This document shows, piece after piece, positions 1 through 13,113 of a stretch of 64,000 nt of DNA (the first letter of the stretch is position 1; each line of letters opens with the position of its first letter). The stretch comes from Tubulanus polymorphus. Lineage: Eukaryota; Animalia; Nemertea. The position numbers and the translations under genes are program-made. The notes under the pieces are model-generated. The model was not told the DNA's origin, did not search any database, and saw nothing but the letters and a program-made list of their open reading frames with translations. The DNA is taken from contig NC_134032.1 in assembly GCF_964204645.1 (NCBI RefSeq), forward strand, positions 5,878,275 through 5,942,274, read 5' to 3'.

Positions 1-533
1 GGGCAATCTGGCCTTCTGGTTCCTTAAAGTTTCTGAGCCACTTTAAAGTGGCGTGGTCTGTCCGGAGGATGAACTTCTTACCCACCAGAGCCAACATTTC
101 TTTTCTAGTGGTGCAGTAATTTTCCTCACCGCTCCGCAACGTGCGACCCGCTACGCGATCACTCGTTCAATGGCTGACTTGTCACGCTGCGATAGGACTG
201 CTCCAATGGTGAAGTCACTGGCGTCACAGTCAACAATAAATGAGGGTCTCTCCGGGCTGAAGTTCGGAAATCCAAGCACTGGGGGATTCATGAGTATCGC
301 TTTCAGAGTTGTGAACGCCTTCTGTTTCTTGAACCACCCTTTTTCATTAGATGGTACAGCGGGGTCACAATGGTCGAGTAGTCTGCGATAAACTTCGAAT
401 ATTACGAGACCAGTCCATTAAATGAGCGAAGCTCAATCATATTGGTCGGTGTTGGCCAGTAAGGGATACGTTTACACTTCTGATGATCTGTCTGTATCCC
501 CTCACCGCTGATGAAATGCCCTAGGAATGTGAC
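1..533 (-). pseudogene. Gypsy/Ty3 pol remnant (RT thumb and RNase H), right part, interrupted by the BEL insertion
   Basis: The minus strand reads VTFLGHFISGEGIQTD..WPTPTN..ELRSF.GL and FIVDCDASDFTIGAVLSQ. It joins in frame to LKLKPKRCNLFRRQ at 16031-16085 once the BEL element and one TSD copy are removed. Confidence 0.88.
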
Positions 534-683
534 TGTCGATATTTCCTCGATATATACAACTACGTCTCTATAGTACGAGAACACCGTTTATTCTGCCTAA
601 TCCCACCAACCCCGGTGAGCGTTGGAGCATGGAAAATATATAAGTTAATCTACCGTTTCAATGACTAAATCATATCTCCAACA
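534..683 (-). repeat. BEL 3' LTR (150 bp)
   Basis: Direct repeat of 15879-16030, differing by about 1 substitution and a 2-bp indel. Preceded on the minus strand by PPT-like CCCCCGGAGAG. Confidence 0.95.
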
Positions 684-728
684 CTCTCCGGGGGTGAACG
701 AGTTACATAATATTAATTAGGAGAAATT

Positions 729-3420
729 TCAAAAAATTCGGTTCTTGGCTTCTGTTTTGGCTCGTCTTGGTAACCGATCATCTTCTGCATGAGTTCTAGT
801 TCGGCCATCTTCTTCTGCATGAGTTCTAGTTCGGCCATTTTCTTCTGCATGAGTTCTAGTTCGGCCATCTTCTGCTGCATGAGTTCGTCTATCGTCTTCG
901 ACGTCTATGTTGGTGTATTTGACATCTGGACTGGCTCGTAGTTCAAGCGGATACAGCTTGGACACTGCTCGGTTCGTGAAACCATTTGCTGTCTTTAATG
1001 CAACAGATCTACATATTCTATCTGGTCCATAGAACAGTTCTGTCACTAGTCCCAACTTCCATTTAAGCCTTGGCGTTTCTTCATGTATGATCACCACTTC
1101 GCCAACCTTTATTTGTTCTTCTTTTCCAGATCGTTGATTATACTCTCTTAGGGCTGTAAGATACTCTTTAGACCATCGACTACGAAATCGCGTTAATATA
1201 TCTTCTAGGTCTCACGTCTGCTTCATTCTTCTGAATCTGGAAGTCTGGATCTTCCAGCTCTTCCGGGGTGATAAAATCATGTGGAAGTGTAGTCAGCCGA
1301 TGACCACACATCAGCTGCGACGGTGTAACAGGGGCTTCATCGTTTATGTCGGTAGAACTGTACGTCAGTGGTCTGTCGTTGACGATAGCCTCTGCTTCCG
1401 ATACCACTGTCCGAAAGTCATCAAACGAGATATGAGCTCTTCCTATAACCTTCTTCAATACCATCTTCACAATGCCAACTAAACGCTCCCAAAAGCCTCC
1501 ATGCCATGGAGCCCTTTTCGTTATGAAGGACCACGCTACTCCTTTCTTCGACACATATTCTGATGCTTTCTTGAAGGTTGCAGCATTATCAGTCAAAACC
1601 TTCTTTGGTAGAGATCTACGGCTTACAAATCTTCTAAAAGCTCTCGTGAACGATTCTGTAGACTGATCTTCTGTGACTTCCAAATGTAAACCTCTACTCA
1701 CTGAGCATGTGAATAGACAGACATAGCACTTCTGAGATTCTGACATCATCTTCACGTTGAAGGGACCAGCAAAGTCAATACCAGTATGGAAAAACGCGGG
1801 AACATCTGCTACTCGCGCACCTGGCAACGGTGGCTCGACAGGAAGCTTGAATGGACGACCTGATAGTTTACGACAGGCGACACATTGACGGACCATACTC
1901 TTCACTAACTGACGTACACACGAAATCCAAAACGACTGTCGGATGAAAGTTACGGTTGAATTAATCCCAAGATGGAAAACTCCCTCATGTGCATCTCGAA
2001 CGACAAGTTGAGCCAATCTGTGAGTTTTCGGCAACAATACTGGGAACTTTGTAGAGAACGGCAGATCCGAGTTACCAATTCGACCATGACATCTAATCAC
2101 GTCATCATCATCGATGTAGAGATTAAGTTGATGAACGATATCAACCTTAATCTGACTACGTCCACGCATCATTTCTCGAGCAGCAGCGAATTCGTCTCTC
2201 TGTGACGCTTTAATCCATTCAATTCTAGCTCTTTCGATTTCAGACGATCTCAAATTTTCTTCTCTGTTTTTCTGATCACCACGTACAACATCAACGAATC
2301 TCATTACCCATGCTGATATTCTAAATAATCTGTTTAAATCAGAATAATCTCGAGCATCAATAATCTGATCAATCCCAATCTTCTCAGGTTCAATGTTCTT
2401 TCCTACTTCTTCAAGTATTGGTAATTGAACATTCAGCAACGTTGACTCAGCAGACCATTTAGGGTGATCACCAGTGCGTAACCATTCTGGGCCTTCCCAC
2501 CATAGTCTATTGCATCTTAGCTCAGATGCTGTACAACCGCGTGTTAATACATCAGCTGGATTCTCTGAACTTGGGCAGTATCCCCAAACAGCATCTGGAA
2601 CTTGACTCTTAATTTCTGTAATTCTGTTCAATTCGAACGACTTCAATGGATTATCAGATTGTAATCTATACAGTACTGACTGGTAATCAGACCACGCAAA
2701 CAGCTTCTTAGGTGTACCAATCGCATCCAAGATAAACTTAGCCAACCGTGACGCAATTACACCAGCGACAAGTTCCAGTTGTGGAATTGATAGTTGTTTA
2801 ACGGGTGCAACTCTTGACTTCGACATCAGTAATCTTGAATCTGTATCACGAACTAGATAAGCGACAGCTCCATAAGCCTTTTCACTTGCATCTGCAAATA
2901 CATGTAACTCGCAGCCATCTATCGAGTCTAAACCATAGTCAAACGTCATACGTCCATAGTCAAAATCCAGAGCTTGAGATGTTTCTTTTGAAATTTTAAC
3001 CCAACGATCTTTAATATCTTTTGGTACTGGATCATCCCATACAAGACTTCTTCTCCATATATCCTGCAGCAGTGCTTTAGCGTTAATCAACAGTGGAGAA
3101 ATAAATCCTATTGGATCGTAGACCTTTGATGAATCACTGAGAATCATTCGTTTAGTCAATGAATCTTGATGAATCGACGAAAATGTAACGGGTAATAGTC
3201 TCAAATTATCATTTTCAGAATCCCATCTGAGTCCAAGTACCTTCACTTTAACCGATTTCTCAGCAACACCATCTCGTTCCGCTCGTTCCATTACTTCTGG
3301 ACAATAACTACTCCATGATCGTAAATTAAAACCACCTTTCTTCAATAACTGACGAGAATATTCGTAAAAATCTGTCATAGATGACTGCTCATTCATCGAG
3401 ATTATGACGTTATCCACGTA
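729..3420 (-). pseudogene. BEL pol 3' half: RT C-terminus, Pao RNase H, integrase and C-terminal domain (frameshift near 1180)
   Basis: Motifs YVDN, HVFADASEKAYGAV, NPADVLTRG, H..H/C..C zinc finger, GIDFAGP, TDNA, WERLV and WKLG..GPD. A 33-bp tandem repeat (RTHAEEDGRT) lies at about 780-890. Confidence 0.93.
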
Positions 3421-3573
3421 TAACACATTATTATTCGAAAATGGAATTATTAAATTCATGGAATCAATTGTAAAGCTGAAAAAAGAAAACGGTAATGCTT
3501 CGGTCAAAGGAATGATAGATAATTTGTTACCTAGCAGTGCGGGTTTGCATAGAACGTGTGATTCAGCTGTTAG

Positions 3574-3680
3574 CACTGACCGAGGCTACAATATTGTAAC
3601 CTAGGTCGGTTCACTGCACAACTTTTTTTGTAAACACTGACCGAGGCTACAATATTGTAGCCTAGGTCGGTTCACTGCAT
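3574..3680. repeat. Left subterminal repeats (2 copies of the palindromic core)
   Basis: CACTGACCGAGGCTACAATATTGTA(A/G)CCTAGGTCGGTT twice, inverted relative to the array at 12611-12960. Confidence 0.9.
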
Positions 3681-6126
3681 GACCTTTGCTTGCGATTACT
3701 GGCCCAACCCCAGTCGGTTGTTTTTACAGTCTTTGAAGTACTGGCCAATTGGATGTTACCATAAATAAACAGTATTTTGAAGATGTGGTGACAGAGAGAA
3801 TCTGTTTTTATTTCGTCTTGAGAAGGTCCTACTGTTCGCTATTCTGTGTCAAAATATGAATTGAAATATAACGGATGAATTTAGTTTCCTTTCCCGATAC
3901 TGTATTTATGCTTTTAATCATGAAGGATAATTATGTTATAGCAATTATAGTGATAACCTACGACAGTTTCAAATTCACGTATTAGAAAACGACAATTTTC
4001 TTTAAATTCCAAATTTCATTTGGAAAGCGGCGTTTATGCGCACAATTCCTAAAATGTCAGAATTCCGAAAACTAGGGATTCACACGGTTAGAATGTTAAC
4101 TAAATAAGTTTCGTCCGAGCAAATGATTACTATGAGAAACTAACGGCGAAACTTCACGGGTTGGTGCGATCTGTGCGCTGCATGAACGGGTTTTTGGTAT
4201 CAAATGTAAAATATCGGCCGTGTTCGGATTTGTACCGATACATTGAGTTTAGTTCAATTTTTTTATCATTATAGTTTAGGAGCTCTGTGTGACGTCACTG
4301 AGCGCGCTGATCAAAAATAGTGTGCACACTGTGAGCATCACATGTTGCTTGGTTTTAAAGGACAGTGTGCTAATTGACTATACACGAAAATGGGCTTGAC
4401 CAAAATTCTCTTCCTGACAGAGGAATGTATAATCGCACTGATATAGCTGTCTTGCTAGGTTGAAGGGTGTTTGAACTTCGCCGAATTCAGTTAAAATTCA
4501 ATGAAATACCATAATTAATAAAATCTTATTGAAGGAAATTTACCGCTATATCTAAGTTATTTTTCAGTGCGTTTTAAAATTACATTGAATTCATCGTTCG
4601 AGGTCAATGATGGCGCAAAACAATTTAAATTGAGTCCAGTTAGGAGAATATTCCTTTACTTTAGGGTGATTTAGTATTTTATGAATCAAGAAATTATTTA
4701 CAATGGACTAATTTTCCGCTAGCAGCAAAACAACACACTGTTATCTGAACTGTCAATCATTACGTCGTGTCTAGTTTAACAAGTAGATATAGACTAAAAA
4801 AGGATGCGTGGTTCCCACGCGAGAATCAAACAAGACGGTTGTTAGTGGACGTACTCAAGTTGGATGGTCAGGAGGAGTCAACAACGGTTTAAATAATTTA
4901 TAAAAACAGATGTAAGCAGTTGTAAACTTGTGAACAGAGGAAATATGAACATATATACACAATTGTGTCTACTTTTCTCCTGTCTGGTTTTATGTTAAAT
5001 ATATATTTTGTTTGAATAAATATTCAAATATCGATCCGGAAGAGCAATGCGGCCAACAACATTTTATTTTGAAAAAATGACCTGTTGACTCGGTAAGACG
5101 GCTGTTCGATTTACCGGGTGCTCACTACTATGTTTTAAATGGCTATGAAAACGGAGTCGAACCAAGAACAGCAATTAAGCTTGATGTCTCGTTTCCCTCA
5201 CAGATGACATATATCAGAATCAGTTTTCTCAAAATCTGTTTCTTATCGAAGTCCTTGATTCGTGCTTGAATATATACATAAGATTTTACAAATGAACACA
5301 AAGATATAACAAGAATTGAGGTCTTGGTTATTTGGTGACAAGTCGAATCGTTTGGAACTAAGAAAAATCCTCAGACTTAGAAACGTCTGACTTAAGTTGA
5401 ATTTCCGAAAGGTACGACTACAAATTGCTTCTGTTATCGGAAATTAAATCAACATCTACATCTAATGTATCTATTGATACGAAACGGTTTTAGGACCGTA
5501 GATTGATTGAAAGTTACGGAGAGGGAGGGGTAGCTCTATCGCATTAAAATATTATTGCTCAGTTATACAGATGGCATTCATCCATTTAGCTCAAACAACA
5601 AACACACTTCTGCGCAGAAAAATACCAAGGCTATATATGATTAATCATGTATTTCATTGATACAGACAATAAAATCGCTGTCCGCATTTTGTCCCCTTGC
5701 TTATAAGTCACGTTTGTTATCTAATACAAATTAATAAAGGTCAGCCGAATTTAAGGGCTTTCACCGTTGAGTAGTAGCCTATCTGTCATGAGGCCTGATC
5801 ATGCACATGTGTTATATTAGAAATACAATATAGCTCTTCAATTTTTTAGGCGAAACGTTGCTTTAAATATATTCGCCGCGTCTTGATTTTCTTGAGGGAT
5901 TTCTCTTGATTGTTAAAACAATATCAAATCATCCTGTCTCAAAAAGTATGAAACCTAGAAATATGTAGCCAATTTGGAATTGGATGAAATGTTCAAATTC
6001 AAAATAAGCCATTCGACCCTGTTATCAAACATATCAGTGTTCTTTAAAACATTTGTTAAATATCGGAGGATTTTTAAGCCGAGCTTCAAACATTTCGACT
6101 CCTGAACTAAAATGATTATGTGGCAT

Positions 6127-6164
6127 CAAAAATTCATAAAGACTATAGTCTTTATGAATTTTTG
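6127..6164. other. Perfect 38-bp CA..TG palindrome with 7-bp TSD (probable P-superfamily excision footprint)
   Basis: CAAAAATTCATAAAGACTATAGTCTTTATGAATTTTTG flanked by GTGGCAT at 6120-6126 and 6165-6171. Confidence 0.75.
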
Positions 6165-6759
6165 GTGGCATGTAATTATCCAAGACTATGAATATGTTTA
6201 GGTGACCGTTTAAGGTGTTCCTTTTATCCGGGAAGGATTTGTTTCAATCTCACTTTTAAGATATCAACAGATCACTATGAAAAGTAACGCTATCGAGTGA
6301 TCGCTGGTAGATTTAGCAGTTAAAATCGCCACACGTGTTAAATGTTTGCATTGAACAGTAGATAGATTTCTGGAGATTTAAAGTTTGGATGCTCTGATGA
6401 ACTCTATCAGCTGTTGGTTGGTTAAAGCATAGCAGTGCTAAATTTCTATGGTTAAAGTACATTGCAGGTGACCCAAATGATTCGCCTGCTGCCTGGATAC
6501 TATAAACCTGGTACCTATGAGCATGGACTCTTTTAGATGGGTCTGGACGTTATAATACAGTGTTCATGACTATAGAACCGGGTGACCCGAATTCCCCACC
6601 TGCCTGAAAATCTCATAGCGGAGGTAACGCGTATATCTTTGCTGCACACCGATCTCCTTGAAAGGTCAAAATGCTATTTTTGTGAAGAAGTACACGGGCC
6701 TCTCCATCTGATTTAACACAGGGTACATAAATATTTAACTAATACTTTCAAACAAGATT

Positions 6760-7951
6760 TCTTCAGAATAAAAACTACGTCCAAATATCTGGCTAAAATA
6801 CTCCCTGGCTCTGGGTACTTTTTCTGATTCTCACATTCGGCACAATATGGATCATTTAGACTAACTCAAAAATCTCAAACCTAAAGGCCAAAAATTTATA
6901 TGTTTCGACGCTATATCCTTGTTCACAAATATACCATTGGAACCAACTCTCAATTTATTAAGAAGAAAACTCCCGGACTCCAATCTTGATCTCCCGGTTC
7001 CTGTAGATTGCTTACTTGAACTTTTGAGCTCTGTACAACCAATCTATTATTCCAATTCCAAGACAAAATCTATGAACAAATTTTCGGTTTCGCTATGGGC
7101 AACCCATTATCCCCCATTTTGGCTAATCTTTTCCTTGAACATTTTGAATGCGAAATTCTTCCGAAATTACGCTGGCTCTAAACATAACTTTTGGATTGGA
7201 TGTGTTGATGACATTCTGTGCTTAGTTTCTGATGATTTTTATCTTAACTCTTTTATTGACTTCATCAACTTTCAATATCCATCTTTGAAATTCACATTTG
7301 AATGGGAACAAAATGACCAAATCCCGTTTTTGGATGTTCTAATTCACAATAAATATTCTTATTTGTTTCTTTCAAGGCCTCTTTCTCCGTGCACTGCGGA
7401 TTTGCAATGAAACCTAAGGCTAAACGTACTTTCTTTAATTCTAAACCTCCTGAAAATAAAAAAACACATTTCAGAATTCATTGTAGTTCCGTATGTACCT
7501 GTTTTGGAAAAGTTTCGTCACTCTCTCCCTTTATTGGATAGACAAATCATTTTCACGTATGAAAACAAAATTAGCAAGACTTTCGTAAACAACAATCAAT
7601 CTAAACCTTTGGACTGCGGAGTTTACAAAATTCCTCGTTTTGGCTGTGATAAAATGTACTTTGGAGAAACTGGTCGTGATTTAAAAACTCAAATTTCGGA
7701 ACACAAAAAGGATATAACAAAGCAAAAACCGGCTAGTGGTGTAGCCAATCATGTTTGGAACACTGGTCATCTGTTTAATTTTGATAAAGCCGAAATTATT
7801 TTTTACTTCCAGCAAATACACTAAACGCCACATAGTTGAGTCTGCCCTAATTACTCGTCACTCAGATATTAGTACCAATTTAAATAATGGCTTTTCTCCT
7901 CACAATTCCCTTCTTTCTAAGTATATTACTTCATGCCTTGCCAAACACTAA
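6760..7951 (+). pseudogene. Penelope-like element RT and GIY-YIG endonuclease, frameshifted and internally deleted
   Basis: FDAISLFTNIP, G(F)AMGNPLSP.LAN, (C)VDDI, EWEQNDQIPFLDV; GVYKIP..GCDKMYFGETGR.LK.(Q)ISEH. Confidence 0.9.
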
Positions 7952-8027
7952 TCAGTTACTCACTCACCAATTTACTCAATTAACCTGTTCTCCTCTTTAT
8001 ATATACCCTTGTTTTTAGTCAATATCT

Positions 8028-8070
8028 CACACCTGACGATGATCTCTAGTGTGAGATCGAAACGCCACAT
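8028..8070 (+). ncRNA. Minimal hammerhead ribozyme motif in the Penelope pLTR (probably degenerate)
   Basis: CTGACGA-T-GATCTC(tagtgt)GAGATC-GAAACG directly downstream of the PLE ORF. Stem I is poorly paired. Confidence 0.65.
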
Positions 8071-9929
8071 TTTAGATTATTTCAATAAATAATTCTCGAT
8101 TTTAGATTTCTTTTAATTTTTAAATAGTGGGTTTTATCTTACATCTGATAATATCATCATTTTTTATGCATGTTGCTTGCTAAAAGTCACGAATTATGTC
8201 ATCTTATATGTAGGTACGCAGCTTAGTAAAAGTCACAGATTATTCAAGATGGATATTGGGAAAAACAACACGGAAAATTTGAAATTTTTGAAACGATTTA
8301 AGCTTTTCAAAATCAGAATATTGAAGTATTTTATTAAATGTTGCTGTTAGCAAGGGGGACATTTACCTAGAGGAGATTTTTACCGGGGGGGGGGGGGGGA
8401 TATTTACTGGGGTATTTTTCCGAAAATAAACCATTTTAATGACAAAAATAATCAAAAATCATGTTGACCTATACTTGAAAAAGCTGCATTTAATCTTCCA
8501 ATTGAATTTTCATTAAATTATTGCCATGAAATATATCGCTCATATATCAATCCTCAAAGTGCATATTCAGAATATTTTAACTGCCCTGAAAACTATATAG
8601 CGTTCGCATACAGTTTTGCACTACTGTTTATACGCTGTTTATATTGTCACGTATCACTGCAAATCTGAAGCATATGTCGCTATTTATAACAGGGAATCTG
8701 GCAAGCGAATCCAAACTGAAAAGAAGACGCTTTTGGAGAGTTGCATGATCGCGGGGGCCAGACTTGAAATAAATGCCATTGAGTAATTCAGTAAAATGTT
8801 CCAGAATCTAGCTTTTGGAGAAAGGGCCACAGGTGCATAAGGCACAAAAGGGGTGTGGTCTTTGAAGAATGAGATGCGTTTAGGTGCTTTCTGAGCACTT
8901 TCTTAGTTGAAATTAGGAATGGTATATGCTCACAATTTCAGGCATGTTTTATGTAAAAAGGATAATAACGATTACAATAGATTCAATGAGGCTAAGATTA
9001 TCTAATGTATAAAATGAAGGTTAAAATCTTTCTAAGCCCACGAACTGTTGAAGAATTTCAGAATGTAACGCTATGCAGAAATACGACAATAACGGTTTTA
9101 CACTGGTATCCTTTAACAGCAGGCGATGAAAAAAATTATGTTCAAGCATCAGAAAAATGGATGAGAGCCTGGCCCCATGTCTCTGTATTGTTCTCTAGAT
9201 CCAAGAACATGTCTATCGCACATTTGAGCCTAAACGTCTACTTTTACTTAGTAGCCACTTAAGATTTGCGGTGATACGTGACAACATGAACACATTGAGA
9301 AACTAGTGGAAAATTCTATACCCACACTATAGTTTGGGATATAGTTGTATTTTGAGTGTCTCAGTTAAGCTCTGAAGATAGTCTAACCAATAAAAATCGA
9401 GATTGGAGTAAATTAGTTTACAAATTGTCATTGGTTATGGAGTTTTACGATGAATCGAAATTTCCTTCTTTTAATGGCGATATTAGTTTAATGCAGAATT
9501 CGATTTTAACAAATACAGCTATTTTCAAGCATGTCTGCATTCATATTTTGATTTAATTTCTTAAATTCAGGCTAACCTCTCATTATTGAAATGGTGGTTT
9601 ATTTTCAACGGGGGTCTGGATGTCTTTGCATCATAAATTTAGATGTGCATTTTGGAGTGTTCGAACCTCCCATGATTTTATATTAATTTCGCTGAAATGT
9701 TGATTCAAAAAGATAAAATATGCTGTATCTATAATAGATTTATGTGGATCTATCAATGCATTCTAAAGAAATCTTCCGAACTGAGGCCGAATTTAATAGA
9801 AATAAGAAATTTCGTATAGTATTCAAGATTTCATTTGGATTACGGTAACGGCCTTTGGTGATCTTCACAGTGAGGTCATGAATGAAGAAATACCGTAATA
9901 GAACTCTTAATATGATAACATGTGTTGAG

Positions 9930-9985
9930 ATGAAACTGCAACGTTTTGACTGTTGACTAACAGCCATCATCAGGTGGAATGTAGG
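9930..9985 (-). ncRNA. Minimal hammerhead-like motif (GAAA mutated to AAAA)
   Basis: Minus strand CCAC-CTGATGA-TGGCTGTT(agtc)AACAGTC-AAAACGTT. Paralog of 27673-27716. Confidence 0.6.
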
Positions 9986-11512
9986 CATTCCAGTGATTTA
10001 AGTCAGATGGCAGTCACTGAAAATCCAAACGTTGTTGCGGTTTAATTTTGATAATTAAATGTCATCGTATAAAATTTTATTGCAGAATTTCTTTATTTAT
10101 CGGATTAGTGTTCTATTCGACTACTTCGGGTCATGTAGTCGTTTAGATAGAAAATCATTACTTGTCGCCACGGAAGGTATATGCAACCGTGTCAGTCGCT
10201 ACGGGAGAGATTCTCTGTATATCGGCATCTTAAATCAGCACCTTTGTTGGTCCCTGCATTCACTTCCAATCTAACGAATTGGTAACGTTATTCTTACCAT
10301 GAATGCCTTTTTGTCGTATCACTGCCACTGATATAAAAGTAGTTTTTATTCTACGGTAATTTGAGAAAATGAGTTATATTGGAAAAAAACTGATTAAGTA
10401 CCTTAAAATTCAGCGATTCATTGGCATTTTATTTCATTGGCATCTTCAAATACAATTTTGAGGTGCTAAGTTTATTACTATTAAGAGGTCATTATTTTTG
10501 GTGGTCAGTGCAGTTTGTTTATTCGTTCATCAATCACTGTCTAGTTAGCCAGTGTAATTCACCTGTTGACTGATAGCTGCTGCTGGGCTTTTGATAACCT
10601 ATACAAATAATTTACTCAACAAAGTAGGAAAGCATGTGAAACTTAAATTTCAGCCTTGCATTCTTTTACTTAGACCAGAAGAGGTTTTTTTTATCAAATT
10701 GGAATAACTGATTTCAAAACTACGTGAACATCTCAACTGAATTTATTTCAGTATTTATTCAATCAATAATGATAATTGTTAGGCTTATTCTCACTAGCAT
10801 ACCCTCAGTGAGTAATGGGTATTAGATTATAATATAATGCACTTTTATTTTGATCTTATATTAGAAGTTGTAATATCATATCAACCAAACTGTATAACTA
10901 TGAAATGAAATTTCGGTTAAGGTATCAATTCTAACAAGCATTAAAGGGTTAATATTCATAAAAGAACAAGCAGAGAACAGCGTGACAAAGTGAACATCAC
11001 ATGGATTACTTAAAAATTGATTGTATCGTAATAAACAATAATTGTAGGTTAATTCTAAGTATTTTAGATACATTTTTTGGGAAAATTTTTTGTAGTCTTT
11101 CATCCAATTAAAGAGATCTAAAGACATAATCCATTTCATGAACATATGATTTTATTTGTATTTTCGTCTCTCATATATCCTTGAAGACAAATGAAGACAA
11201 ATTCAAAAAAGACAAATTCATTTCTACAGAATCAAAGATCTATGACAGTATGAATGCACCAGTATGTTTTATAATCGCAAATATAAAACAAAAATCATAA
11301 AATTCTAAATTAGATCTGGCACAATACTTGTTTTAACGAATGGAATCCATAATGATGTTATATAAATCAATAGTTTTCCTATTGGTTATTCCCATTTTGT
11401 TGAGCGTGATATAATTTAGGGGGTTCTTAGCAACTCAGAAACTAGGATTTCTATTGGCAGAACTGTATTCAAAGCATACAGAGTTCTGTATACAAAGCAT
11501 ATGGGGTTTAAC

Positions 11513-11542
11513 CATGGACTCTAAATCGTTTTAGAGTCCATG
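11513..11542. other. 30-bp CA..TG palindrome with 7-bp TSD GTTTAAC (probable excision footprint)
   Basis: CATGGACTCTAAA-tcgt-TTTAGAGTCCATG with TSD at 11506-11512 and 11543-11549. The paralogous site near 26337 has a single copy of the 7-mer (empty site). Confidence 0.8.
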
Positions 11543-12610
11543 GTTTAACAGTACCTTTGACCCTGTCACGTATCATTGCAAATCTTTAACAGATGTGGCT
11601 ATTTTGAACAGGAAATTACTGTGCCATCTCAAAATGGTCAATTTTCACTAGTTGACTTTTAGAAACGATGTGTTTTGAGAGTAGCTATCGTGGTAGGAGT
11701 TACTATCACTAAGTCGCTGTTAACAATCGGTTGGTTACAGTCACATCTACTGCCAGTGTGCACTATCAAAATGCTAGCACACTAGCACATCAGATGTTTT
11801 ACAACAGTCACTTTTCAGCAGTAGACTTTCAAACAGCTACTGTGGAAAACCAACTGAATTGAAAGGTAGACTATTTCGGCGTCATTTATTTGTTATTTGT
11901 GATTACATCCAGCAGTCAAATGATTTCATTTCAATCGTTGCCTCAACTTACAATCGTCGCGATTTTTTGTATATTTTTCTGTCATATCTGAAACTCGGGT
12001 CCCCAGGGCGAATCACTATTAAAGCCGTGAGACTACATCGAAGTACCGATGACGTAAGCTGAAAGCCGTTACCGCTCTCCGCAAAATACATTCGTTACCG
12101 TAATCCAACTGAATTTTTATAGAATATATGTAATGAAATTTATCAATGAATCGGTCAAATGAAACATATTCTTTAGAATATGTAAAATGTGCATGGATTC
12201 AGCGTAAATTCAAATCAGCGAAATTAATATAATAATCAACGATTTAGTGATTCAGCGAAGTTCGGAAAACCCCCAAAACAATGCACATCTGACTCCAATT
12301 CTATATAAATTGTCATCCGATTCTAGAAACGTTTTCGTATCAATCATGGCAATTGCGCAATATAAGTATAATGCTCGCACTTAAACTTCTTTTAAACCCT
12401 TAATTTGGAATGTGTACGATGTACATTCCTAACTGTTCAAGTCATTCCTCAATGATAGGAGACGTTTGACTGAAACACTTTTGGATTCCTCGTTAGTCAA
12501 AACTACAAATCAACCGACTGATATCGGACTAGCAATAACTTCAAAAACTGATCAAGTTAACTGACTGATCTTAATCTTGGATTAGTGAATACTGCAAATA
12601 TAATGCAGTA

Positions 12611-12960
12611 AACCGACCGAGGTTACAATATTGTAGCCTCGGTCAGTGTATGCAGATAAATCCGCGCGAGTCAACCGACCTAGGTCACAATATTGTAGCC
12701 TCGGTCAGTGTATGCAGATAAATCCGCGCAAGTCAACCGACCTAGGTTACAATATTGTAGCCTCGGTCAGTGTATGCAAATAAATCCGCGCAAGTCAACC
12801 GACCTAGGTTACAATATTGTAGCCTCGGTCAGTGTATGCAAATAAATCCGCGCAAGTCAACCGACCTAGGTTACAATATTGTAGCCTCGGTCAGTGTATG
12901 CAGATAAATCCGCGCAGGTCAACCGACCTAGGTTACAATATTGTAGCCTCCGCCAGTGTT
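12611..12960. repeat. 62-bp tandem array (about 6 units) with ~30-bp palindromic core, right subterminal region of the TA element
   Basis: Units start at 12611, 12673, 12735, 12797, 12859 and 12921. Core GACCTAGGTTACAATATTGTAGCCTCGGTC. Confidence 0.95.
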
Positions 12961-13113
12961 CCACTGATGAATCATACATTTGCCTCAACCTAGTCTGCCA
13001 GGTTACTTATTGCTTTGTCTTTATCCTGACCCAATCATAACCGTATTTCTTTTTTCAGCTTTACAACTGATTCCACGAATTTAATAATTCCATTTTCGAA
13101 TAATAATGTGTTG

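Larger units (their letters stand above)
9197..11880. mobile_element. Degenerate, truncated, inverted paralog of the long-TIR element at 25879-28818
   Basis: Shares ATCCAAGAACATGTCTATCGCA.. with that TIR and is colinear with the reverse complement of its interior over about 2.6 kb. Confidence 0.85.
3421..13113. mobile_element. 9.7-kb non-autonomous TIR DNA element with TA TSD and palindromic subterminal repeats
   Basis: Imperfect ~75-bp TIRs (T/C)AACACATTATTATTCGAAAATGGAATTATTAAATTC.. TA is duplicated, and removing the element restores BEL RT IAKNIYVDN. No transposase recognised. Confidence 0.88.

Noticed and set aside
3421-3576. N-terminal 52 aa of the 798-aa ORF, and the C-terminal tail of the 649-aa ORF
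   Set aside because: Both are read-through into the TIRs of the inserted element. The true BEL frame joins 13114 to 3420.
12611-12960. CRISPR-like array (palindromic repeat, 62-bp period)
   Set aside because: The spacers are identical, there are no cas genes, the context is eukaryotic, and the array is mirrored at the other end of a transposon.
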